From a candidate division WOR-3 bacterium (lineage in GTDB: Bacteria > Hydrothermota > Hydrothermia > UBA1063): a DNA stretch of 64,000 nt. The DNA lies in NCBI GenBank assembly GCA_039803305.1, contig JBDRYG010000001.1, positions 5 to 64,004 of the forward strand, written 5' to 3'. Position 1 is the first letter of the stretch, and each line of letters starts with the position of its first letter. Position numbers and translations under genes: made by a program. This document shows, piece after piece, positions 20,884-29,153 of the stretch. Under the pieces are notes generated by a model that saw nothing but the letters and a program-made list of their open reading frames with translations, did not search any database and had not been told where the DNA came from.

Positions 20884-21959
20884 TAAATATTATAAATTAG
20901 AAACTCATCTGCCCTTTTTACTCTCTCACAAAAGCCAGCCAGCAATTTTATAATATTGTCAAGGTCATCCAGATTTACAACCTCACATGGAGTATGCATA
21001 TATCTATTCGGGACTGAAACAAGGCCAGTTGCAACTCCGGCCCTTGTTATCTGGATCGCATTTGCATCGGTTCCGGTGGCGTGCGGAACTCCCTCTATTT
21101 GATAGGGTATATTGAGTTCCTTTGCAGTGTTAACAAGCTTTTCGTAGACCTTTGGACTGATGTTGGGACCACGTGCAATAACAGGTCCACCACCTAACTT
21201 TATATCGCCTAATAATTTTTTCTCGACACCTGGCTGATCAGTGGTATGAGTAACATCAATAGCGATCCCTACATGGGGGTCTATTCCAAAGGCACTGGTG
21301 CGGGCACCCCTCAAACCAATCTCCTCTTGGACCGTTGCCACTGCATAAACAGAAACATTCAAATTTTCCTTAATCTTCGATAGTTCTGCAAGAGCTTCAA
21401 GGGCGATGAAGGCACCGACTCTGTCATCAAACCCCCGTGCAACCACATTAGAACCATAAAGCTTTTCATAATTTAGAGCATTAACTGCACAGGTCCCAAT
21501 TTCAATCCTTTCAAGAACCTCATCTTTGTTTTTCGCCCCAATATCAATCCACATCTCCTTAAACTTAGGAACCCGTTTTCTTTCTTCCTCATCTAATAGA
21601 TGTATTGCCTTTTTCCCTATGACCCCTAAAATCCTTTCGCCATTCTTGCCCCTAATCCAAACCCTCTGTCCCTGGGCTATTTGGGGATCTACACCCCCTA
21701 TGGTACTAAAATAAAGGTAACCCTGCTCATCCACATATGTTATCATGTAACCAATTTCGTCAATGTGCCCAGCAAGCATCACACGCGGTTCTTTCCCTTC
21801 ATTTATAACGGCAATGGCGTTACCATGGTAATCTGTGTAAACCCTATCGGCAAATTTCTTTGCACGATCTACCCATAACTTAACAGCCTCTTCCTCGAAT
21901 CCTGATGGACTCATGGAGTTGACCAGAGATTCCAAAAATTTTTCTCTATCAAGATCCAT
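20883..21959 (-). CDS. M42 family metallo-aminopeptidase (FrvX / glutamyl aminopeptidase-like)
   Basis: MLAGHIDEIGYMITYVDEQGYLYF metal-ligand region, 358 aa. Confidence 0.75.
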   Translation of the reverse strand: MDLDREKFLESLVNSMSPSGFEEEAVKLWVDRAKKFADRVYTDYHGNAIAVINEGKEPRVMLAGHIDEIGYMITYVDEQGYLYFSTIGGVDPQIAQGQRVWIRGKNGERILGVIGKKAIHLLDEEERKRVPKFKEMWIDIGAKNKDEVLERIEIGTCAVNALNYEKLYGSNVVARGFDDRVGAFIALEALAELSKIKENLNVSVYAVATVQEEIGLRGARTSAFGIDPHVGIAIDVTHTTDQPGVEKKLLGDIKLGGGPVIARGPNISPKVYEKLVNTAKELNIPYQIEGVPHATGTDANAIQITRAGVATGLVSVPNRYMHTPCEVVNLDDLDNIIKLLAGFCERVKRADEFLIYNI

Positions 21960-21975
21960 AACAACCTCCCTTTTA

Positions 21976-24171
21976 TCAGAAAACCACTATTTTACCCTTA
22001 GCAAGAATTATATTGTTCGACTTGAGAACAACAAAATATACCCCCTTGGTAATGGAAAGCGGACCAAATGTCCCATCCTTTATTAGGTTTGCAGTCCCTA
22101 ACTTCCTTCCTGAAATGTCGTAAACCTCAATAAAACAGCCAGGGTAGATACCTGTGTCAAAATTCGAAACCTTAATTACCCCTTTCTTGAAAACAAAACT
22201 TACCTCCCTTTCCAGTTGCCTCTCCTGAATCCCAAGGGTAACCCTTACATAGATAGGACCCAGTATAGTACTGTCTTGCCTCTTGATATAAAAACATTCC
22301 TCAAAGTTCTTCCCTTGATTAAGTTCCGGAACCCTGAGAATGAAATCAAAATAAAAAGTTTGATTCGGTAACCCATAATATCCCAAAGGTTTTGCCCTTT
22401 TATGTTCAATCCAGTAATCAGGGTGAAAGTATACCGATGAATCGGAATCAGAAACTAAAAGAGTTAAAGAATCGAATGGAGCAAAAGAAGTATTTTTGAG
22501 TTTTAGCCGAAGGCGGAAAGTATCACCGGGAATAAGATCACTTCCCCGATAATAGGTTTCGATTAATTCGCCAGAAAGCAAATTATAATCCTCAAGATTC
22601 TCCATCACTTCAACATAATTCATGGAAATCCAGCCTTTCGTATAATTACCAAGCTGGGGCAAGTAAATCCTTGCCCAACCAGAGGAAGTTGAGTCAACTA
22701 CAAAAACCTGACCGTAGGAGATCTGAGTAATAATAGAGTAAGATGTCCCTGGACCTTCCCTTACATTTAAAAGACTGGCGTTACATTTTACAACTTTGTC
22801 ACCAAATGAACCTTCAAGATACCTATAATTTATCCCATCTCCACCATACATCCAGCCATAATAGAAACCGCTGGCGGAAGGAAAGTATATTTTGTACCAG
22901 TTTCCATAATAGTCAAAAGCAACGAACTTAGAGCCTAAAGGGGCTATAGCCATGACCGGATAAGCCGTACCAGGACCCTCCCTTATATTTAATCCAGAGG
23001 TTATAACCTTAACCACGAAGTGCCTTTCAGGGGGATTGCAGAGTAAAACATCACGAAGAACATTACTAAATACTCCACCGTCATAACTCAGAGCCCAACA
23101 CCCCGCTCCCCCTATGGAACTATCAACCACCATTCTCAGTTTTATCCTGATACTCGCGGTATCATCGTACCAAACCTGATACCACTGCCCTGATGCACTG
23201 TATCTATACCACGGGGTTAAAGAATAGCTATCCCACAACCTTCCATAATTGGATACCTCGCTCATAGCAGTAGAAGAGAAAACGGCAGAACCTGTACCGG
23301 TCGTAGATGACCCTATATTCCCGGAACTCGTAGGCCATCGATAACCATAATAGGGCATACCAAGAATTAACTTTGACGGATTACACCTGGCTTTGTAACT
23401 GCCTATAGTTTTTGCAACACAGTAATTTCCCCAGAAACTTGAAGGGACATTAGGGGCAACGGGGCCTGCTACACTTGAACCACTATAATGAAAGTCATAG
23501 GCCATAATGAAAAGACCGTCAGAGTTATTAGCAAGGGTAGTGTAATCATAACCCGGATACCACTCTGGAACCGCTGGCATGGCAATAAAAAGATCCTTCC
23601 TCCTGGAAGTCTGAGTTTTCAATGCACTGTTAAGGTCTATAATGAACCTGGTAAAGCTGTCCTTTACAGAAGATGTTACGAATTCAAAATCTATGTTGAC
23701 TCCTTCTATGTTATAGTTCTCAACGAAATTTACAATTTGTGTTATCGCATTCTGCCTTGCTGCGGCATTGTTAAGAAAGCCTGATACCGAGCTGTTACCA
23801 AAGATAGTAAAGGTGATGTGGACCCTTACCCCTCGTAAATGAGCATAGTTTATGAGAAAAATAAACCTTGAAGAATTCGGGATTCCGCTAAGAGAACCAT
23901 CGGAGGATACCCCTATTGAAAAATAAGCCACATGGGTAATAAGCGACCAGTCAAGACTCTTTAAAGCGGTAGTGTCAACCCAATACGGCACATACCCGTA
24001 GAAAGTCTTCAATAGACCCTTCCCTTCTTGAAGTGGCTCAACAACAATGGGGATATCAGAAATTTTTGAAAATTCTGCCTCGGTATAATGTGAGAAATAT
24101 TCAGTTTGATGCACAGAGTAAAACTCACTGGCTTGAAATACAAGTAAAATCAGGTAGATTAAAGGGCGCAA
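21976..24171 (-). CDS. Secreted GH18-family glycosyl hydrolase-like protein with two bacterial SH3-like domains and a T9SS C-terminal sorting domain
   Basis: Signal peptide; GH18-like block GVNIDFEF (DxxDxDxE with catalytic E kept, first two Asp substituted); two SH3b-like segments (NIREGPGTAYPV..., LNVREGPGTSYSI...); tail IEVYDISGRKLGT...GVYFVVLK. Confidence 0.6.
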   Translation of the reverse strand: MRPLIYLILLVFQASEFYSVHQTEYFSHYTEAEFSKISDIPIVVEPLQEGKGLLKTFYGYVPYWVDTTALKSLDWSLITHVAYFSIGVSSDGSLSGIPNSSRFIFLINYAHLRGVRVHITFTIFGNSSVSGFLNNAAARQNAITQIVNFVENYNIEGVNIDFEFVTSSVKDSFTRFIIDLNSALKTQTSRRKDLFIAMPAVPEWYPGYDYTTLANNSDGLFIMAYDFHYSGSSVAGPVAPNVPSSFWGNYCVAKTIGSYKARCNPSKLILGMPYYGYRWPTSSGNIGSSTTGTGSAVFSSTAMSEVSNYGRLWDSYSLTPWYRYSASGQWYQVWYDDTASIRIKLRMVVDSSIGGAGCWALSYDGGVFSNVLRDVLLCNPPERHFVVKVITSGLNIREGPGTAYPVMAIAPLGSKFVAFDYYGNWYKIYFPSASGFYYGWMYGGDGINYRYLEGSFGDKVVKCNASLLNVREGPGTSYSIITQISYGQVFVVDSTSSGWARIYLPQLGNYTKGWISMNYVEVMENLEDYNLLSGELIETYYRGSDLIPGDTFRLRLKLKNTSFAPFDSLTLLVSDSDSSVYFHPDYWIEHKRAKPLGYYGLPNQTFYFDFILRVPELNQGKNFEECFYIKRQDSTILGPIYVRVTLGIQERQLEREVSFVFKKGVIKVSNFDTGIYPGCFIEVYDISGRKLGTANLIKDGTFGPLSITKGVYFVVLKSNNIILAKGKIVVF

Positions 24172-24172
24172 C

Positions 24173-25123
24173 TTAGTAAGCTCCCGCCATCTTTTTCAAA
24201 ATTTCAATTCTCTTCTCAATGGGTGGGTGGGTACTCCACAAGGTTTTCCAGAAAGAGACTTTTTTCTTTACATCTCTCTTTGAGGGTTCAGTAAAAAATA
24301 GATGTGCAACCTGCTCCTTAACCTTCAGCTCGTATGGATAGTTTGCAATTTTTTCCAGTGCCGATGCCAAAGCAAGAGGATTCCTTGTAATCTCAACAGA
24401 ACCTGCATCGGCCAGATACTCCCTCGCACGAGAAACGGCAAGGGATAGGATCATTCCTATAAATTTGGCTATCACAAAGATCACGAACAATGCGATGGAT
24501 GCGAGGAGCCACATAAGAATTAGCTCATTCCCTTTCCTTGATCTTACCGATCTTGCTACTTGGGAAGCAACAAACAAGTTTACCTGTGCGAACACGACGA
24601 AAGCTACAAAGGTACCGAGAAGCACTGCAGTAAGCATAGCATAGAGGATGTCATAGTTTTTTATGTGAGAAATTTCATGGGCAATAACTCCCGAGAGTTC
24701 CTCTCGGCTCATCATATCCAAAAGGCCAGAAGTAACACAAATTTTACCGTTTTGGGGACTCCTGCCAGTTGCAAAAGCATTAGGGACATGAACATCCATA
24801 ACATAAATCTCTGGTTTGGGTATCCCAGCAGCAATGGAGAGTTCCTCAACTAAATTAATGAGCATTCTCTCCTTATAATTACCCGGGTTCACAGGTCTTG
24901 CACCGACTAACTTCAAAATCTTCTTATCGCCTCTTAGATAAGCTGTAATAGTACGGATAACTGCGACTGATAACAGAGATAGGGTAAAAACGGGTATCTC
25001 AGCCTTTATAGCTTTATCTAAAAATATTCCCAAGAACAAGAAAAATATAATGAGCAGTGATACTAAAACAATACTTTTTCTCTTATTCTTATTTGCAAGA
25101 GAAACAAAGTCCAGTGCAGCCAT
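24173..25123 (-). CDS. htpX: HtpX-type M48 zinc metalloprotease (paralog 1)
   Basis: HEISHIKNYD HExxH motif, N-terminal TM helices. Confidence 0.8.
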   Translation of the reverse strand: MAALDFVSLANKNKRKSIVLVSLLIIFFLFLGIFLDKAIKAEIPVFTLSLLSVAVIRTITAYLRGDKKILKLVGARPVNPGNYKERMLINLVEELSIAAGIPKPEIYVMDVHVPNAFATGRSPQNGKICVTSGLLDMMSREELSGVIAHEISHIKNYDILYAMLTAVLLGTFVAFVVFAQVNLFVASQVARSVRSRKGNELILMWLLASIALFVIFVIAKFIGMILSLAVSRAREYLADAGSVEITRNPLALASALEKIANYPYELKVKEQVAHLFFTEPSKRDVKKKVSFWKTLWSTHPPIEKRIEILKKMAGAY

Positions 25124-25138
25124 AACCTGCTCACCTCC

Positions 25139-26092
25139 TCACAAAACCCCTGCCATTTGTTTTAAAATTGCAACCCGCTTTTCTATTGGCGGATGGGTGC
25201 TCCAGAGGTTAGCCCACAGGGAATCCTTTTCGGAAAGGGAACTTTTCTTTGGATCACTGATAAAAAGGTGGGAAACGGCATCACTTACCTGCATCGGTCT
25301 TGTGTAATTGGCTATCTTCTCTAAAGCCGATGCAAGAGCTAAAGGATTCCTTGTGATACTAACAGAACCAGCGTCTGCCATATATTCCCTCGCCCTGGAA
25401 ATGGCAAGGGCCATGAGTCTCCCTATGATCGCAGCAAATATAACCACTACAAGGAGAATCAGCCACAAAAGAATTTCTCCACCTCCGCTGTCTCTATCTC
25501 TCCTTGCCCTTCTACCACCCCAGTAAAGGTTAAACCTGATAAAGTCAGCAAGAATAACAATTGCACCTACGAGAACCGCAACCATCGTCATTGTAAGTAT
25601 GTCCCTGTTTTTCACATGACTGAGCTCATGAGCCATAACCCCTTCTAATTCTTCCCGATTTAACAATTTTAAAAGCCCTGTAGTTGCGCATACCGATGCA
25701 TGCTTTGGATCCCTGCCTGTGGCAAAGGCGTTGGGAGAAGGCTCATCCATAACATAAACCTTCGGCATGGGAAGTCCAGCTGCAATACTTAGCTCCTGCA
25801 CGACATTTACAAGCTGCCTTTCTTCGTAGTCAGAAAGATTTGGTTCTCTTGCCCTGACAGACGCGAGGACAATTTTATCCCCCCAGTAATAGGACACTAA
25901 AGCCTGGAACAGCGCCAGGATTACTGCTAAAAATGTATAAAAGCCCCCGCCCCCAAAGAAATGATCGAGAAGCCTGCCAATAAGGTACAAAATCACAAAA
26001 AGGGTAAGGACTAAAAGAAATGTTCTCCTTTTATTCCTTGAAGTGATCTTTACGAAATCAAGGGCACTCATAAATAACACCTCCTTTCTCAA
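25139..26092 (-). CDS. htpX: HtpX-type M48 zinc metalloprotease (paralog 2)
   Basis: HELSHVKNRD HExxH motif; end-to-end collinear with paralog 1 (e.g. ITRNPLALASALEKIANY shared). Confidence 0.8.
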   Translation of the reverse strand: MRKEVLFMSALDFVKITSRNKRRTFLLVLTLFVILYLIGRLLDHFFGGGGFYTFLAVILALFQALVSYYWGDKIVLASVRAREPNLSDYEERQLVNVVQELSIAAGLPMPKVYVMDEPSPNAFATGRDPKHASVCATTGLLKLLNREELEGVMAHELSHVKNRDILTMTMVAVLVGAIVILADFIRFNLYWGGRRARRDRDSGGGEILLWLILLVVVIFAAIIGRLMALAISRAREYMADAGSVSITRNPLALASALEKIANYTRPMQVSDAVSHLFISDPKKSSLSEKDSLWANLWSTHPPIEKRVAILKQMAGVL

Positions 26093-26733
26093 AACTCAAC
26101 CCTAACCCCACCCCTCTCCTGGGGGAACTCAAGAAAAGACTCCAACTTAAATCCAAACATTTTTGCTACTAAATTAGAAGGAAAAGAAAGGCAAAGGGTA
26201 TTAAGCCGTCTCACACAGTCATTATAGTACTGTCTTGCATAGGCTATTCGGTTTTCAGTGCTTATTATCTCTTCCTGCAAAATCATAAAGTTCTGTGATG
26301 CTTTAAGTTCGGGATAGTTCTCCACAATAACAAGAATCCTCTTTATGATATTCGAAATGCTACCTTCAATGCTCCCCTTCTCCTTCATGTCAGTAACTGA
26401 AATTGCTCTGGTGCGTAATTCAGCGATTTTTTCGAGAAGCTCACGCTCATGTTTCATATAGCCTTTAACCGTTTCCACAAGGTTCGGGATAAGGTCGTAT
26501 CTTCTCTTGAGCTGAACATCAAGTTGAGAAAAAGCTTCCTTCACTCGCACCCTCCATCTTACCAGCGCGTTATAAGTAAGGAAAACATAAAATGTGATAC
26601 AAACTATTATGATTACCAATACATGGGTCCACTGCATAGTTAATATAATAGTCCCGTCTGCTTGATTTTTCAATATCATCTTCCTACAAATCAGTTTTAT
26701 CCCTTTCTGGTTCCAACACGCTCCTTGTAACAC
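26089..26733 (-). CDS. lemA: LemA family membrane protein; true start likely the internal Met near 26637 (MQWTHV...)
   Basis: TM helix followed by YNALVRWRVRVKEAFSQLDVQLKRRYDLIPNLV, characteristic of LemA; 4-nt overlap with the downstream htpX. Confidence 0.7.
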   Translation of the reverse strand: MLQGACWNQKGIKLICRKMILKNQADGTIILTMQWTHVLVIIIVCITFYVFLTYNALVRWRVRVKEAFSQLDVQLKRRYDLIPNLVETVKGYMKHERELLEKIAELRTRAISVTDMKEKGSIEGSISNIIKRILVIVENYPELKASQNFMILQEEIISTENRIAYARQYYNDCVRRLNTLCLSFPSNLVAKMFGFKLESFLEFPQERGGVRVEF

Positions 26734-26764
26734 CCTTACCCCTATCTTGACATTTCATCCCTGT

Positions 26765-26784
26765 AGTTATACAATTGTATAACT
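26765..26784. promoter_or_regulatory. Perfect 20-bp palindrome AGTTATACAATTGTATAACT abutting the ATG of the small-ORF/dinB operon; candidate repressor operator (SOS-type)
   Basis: Exact inverted repeat read from the sequence; lies in the divergent lemA / small-ORF-dinB intergenic region. Confidence 0.5.
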
Positions 26785-27030
26785 ATGGAAAGAGTAGACA
26801 AAAAGGTAAGCGTAGTAGCAAGATTTAACGGTAATAGTTCCGTCTACCCCCTTTATATGGAATACTCTGGATACACCGTAAAACTAAAAAAACCCGACGC
26901 CGTATGGAAGGAAAGAATAGGCAGAAACCTAATAACCCGTTTTTCTGTTTCCGACGGGGCAAATCGTTACATTATTGCCCTAAACCATGAGACGCTGGAG
27001 TGGAAACTGGAGGTCATTATAAATGAATAG
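26785..27030 (+). CDS. Small hypothetical protein (81 aa) translationally coupled to the Y-family polymerase gene
   Basis: ORF ends 8 nt inside the dinB ORF start; beta-rich composition; no recognisable motif. Confidence 0.4.
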   Translation: MERVDKKVSVVARFNGNSSVYPLYMEYSGYTVKLKKPDAVWKERIGRNLITRFSVSDGANRYIIALNHETLEWKLEVIINE

Positions 27031-28312
27031 CGGGAGAATAGAACTCGGCACAGACTCCATGGGTATTTGTGAATATTTAGACAATTTTCAGCAAGAGAGT
27101 TTTTCATCAGATAAAAACCCAAAAAGTAGAACTTTTATGCTTATTGATATGGATGCTTTCTTTGTCTCGTGCGAGGTGGCTGTTCGTCCAGAACTAAAAG
27201 GTAAACCCGTCGGCGTAGTTACCGGTGCCCAGAGACACGGTGTGGTGGCATCGGTTTCCTACGAAGGGAGGAAATATGGAATAAAGGCTGGTACACCCGT
27301 TTATAAAGCAAAAGATTTATGCCCGGAAATAATACTAATCCCGGCAGACATTGCAAAATACGCTTACATTTCAGAATCCATCATGGAGTACCTGAAAGAA
27401 AAATTCAAAAAAGTAGAGGTCTTTTCAATAGATGAAGCTTTCGTAGACATCACCGGTGAAAAAGATCCACTAAAACTTGCAACAGAAGTAAAATCTTATA
27501 TTAAAAGAACCTTCAGGGTTCCCCTCACCATAGGGATAGGTCCGTCAAGGGTAATTGCAAAGATGGCTTGTGAAATCTCTAAACCTGATGGACTTATGCA
27601 GATTAAAGCAGAAGAAATTCTTCAGAAACTCGGTCACTTGGAAGTAGATGAAATACCGGGAATAGGCCAACGGACCGGCGACGCTCTCAGGAATATGGGC
27701 ATAAGAACCATAAGAGATTTATGGGTTATTGACGAGGATACCCTAATAAGGCGCTTCGGTATCCGGGGAAAATGGTACAAAGATATGGCAATGGGGAAGG
27801 ATGCAGGTTTCTTTACCCTTCTGGACCAAGGATTGCCCTTAAAGAGTATAGGACACTCCGAAACCTTTCCGAGGGATATTATGGACCCGGAGGAAATAAA
27901 GACCTATACCCTTTACCTATCGGAAAAAGTGGGAAGAAGGCTAAGAAAGCATGAACTCATGGGATATGGCATATGGGTCTACTTGAGATACGCCGATTTT
28001 ACCGGCGATAGTATTTCAAGAAAGTTTACCAAACCCTTCTTTACCACATCGGAAATATATCGCCGAGCAATTTTCCTTATCCAGAAAATAATTGACGGGA
28101 AACCTATAAGGCTTATAGGAGTAGCGGTATTCGGGCTTAAGCCCTTAAAACCACAACTCTCGTTGTTTGAAGAGGATCTGAGAGATGTAAGACTTGATTT
28201 TGCGCTTGATAAAATCAACGATATCTATGGCGATTTTACCGTCCGCAGGGCTCGGCTTGTGGGCATTCCAGCTGTCCATCATGTAATTCCTCCAAGGGGT
28301 ATACCAAGGTAA
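27023..28312 (+). CDS. dinB: DNA polymerase IV (Y-family translesion polymerase); alternative starts at about 27059 or 27137
   Basis: FMLIDMDAFFVSCE catalytic Asp motif, SIDEAFVD, HhH region IPGIGQRTGDAL, length about 400 aa. Confidence 0.85.
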   Translation: MNSGRIELGTDSMGICEYLDNFQQESFSSDKNPKSRTFMLIDMDAFFVSCEVAVRPELKGKPVGVVTGAQRHGVVASVSYEGRKYGIKAGTPVYKAKDLCPEIILIPADIAKYAYISESIMEYLKEKFKKVEVFSIDEAFVDITGEKDPLKLATEVKSYIKRTFRVPLTIGIGPSRVIAKMACEISKPDGLMQIKAEEILQKLGHLEVDEIPGIGQRTGDALRNMGIRTIRDLWVIDEDTLIRRFGIRGKWYKDMAMGKDAGFFTLLDQGLPLKSIGHSETFPRDIMDPEEIKTYTLYLSEKVGRRLRKHELMGYGIWVYLRYADFTGDSISRKFTKPFFTTSEIYRRAIFLIQKIIDGKPIRLIGVAVFGLKPLKPQLSLFEEDLRDVRLDFALDKINDIYGDFTVRRARLVGIPAVHHVIPPRGIPR

Positions 28313-28407
28313 AGATAAGAACAATAAAATTAGCCTGATTCCTCGCAGGCAAATCCAATTACCAAAAATCAAGCCCAAAAAGGGAAAGGAGATCAAAAAT
28401 CAGGCAA

Positions 28408-29070
28408 TCAAAGGGAGACGGGCACGAACTCTTTGAAATCTATTGAATTTCCAGAGATTTTAACGGTGAAGGCAACTTTATAATCCAGCTCCCCAAAAAT
28501 CTTCTCCATAGTAGATCCAAATTCTTTGTCCATTTCATAGTTTGGCATAACTTTAACAGCGTCTTCTCTTTGCACAACAAAAACAAGGGCTTTTTTCCCG
28601 GGCCATCCCAGAAGGGTTTTAAGATGCTTTGTTCCTCTCATAGTAGGTGCATCAGGGAAAAGTCCAATCCCATCCTTTACAAGGGTACAGGATTTTACCT
28701 CTACAAGAATTTCCCCATCAAGAAGAAAGTCAAATCTGGAATCACGAAAGGTATATTCCCTGCGAATCTCTTTCACTTGGGGAAAAATTTTGTAAATGTT
28801 TTCAAGAAAAAGGTAGTTTGCGAGTGACGCATTCAAGCTTACAGGAGTAATACCATCGGCAAACCCCAAAACGGCTTCAAATTGAGTTTTTCGATGGCTA
28901 TTAATTCCCTTGTTACTTAAAAACACCCTGGCATTGGGATAAATAATCTCCTGGAGCCTACCTGGATTAGCAAGATAAGCAATTTCCACCCTGCCACCTA
29001 AATCAACATATAGCCGGAATCTCCTTTCTCTTTTAACAACTTTCGCTTCAAAAAGTTCAGGTAATTTCAT
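28408..29070 (-). CDS. sfsA: Sugar fermentation stimulation protein A homolog
   Basis: N-terminus KVVKRERRFRLYVDLGGRVEIAYLANPGRLQEII typical of SfsA, 220 aa. Confidence 0.75.
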   Translation of the reverse strand: MKLPELFEAKVVKRERRFRLYVDLGGRVEIAYLANPGRLQEIIYPNARVFLSNKGINSHRKTQFEAVLGFADGITPVSLNASLANYLFLENIYKIFPQVKEIRREYTFRDSRFDFLLDGEILVEVKSCTLVKDGIGLFPDAPTMRGTKHLKTLLGWPGKKALVFVVQREDAVKVMPNYEMDKEFGSTMEKIFGELDYKVAFTVKISGNSIDFKEFVPVSL

Positions 29071-29100
29071 TTCAATCCTATTTTATATTAGAAGCTCCGC

Positions 29101-29132
29101 AAAATAAAAAGGGGTCCCCTTAAGGGGACCCC
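29101..29132 (-). terminator. Rho-independent terminator for the 1546-aa gene (ggggtcccc-ttaa-ggggacccc with a T-run on the minus strand)
   Basis: Perfect 9-bp GC stem; A-tract 29101-29110 on the plus strand equals a T-tract after the hairpin on the minus strand. Confidence 0.6.
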
Positions 29133-29153
29133 GAGAATACCGTTCCCTCCTTC

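Noticed and set aside
28313-28407. Weak 5-bp hairpin (gcctg...caggc) between the convergent dinB and sfsA
   Set aside because: The stem is short with an 8-nt loop and no T-run, so it is insufficient to call a terminator.
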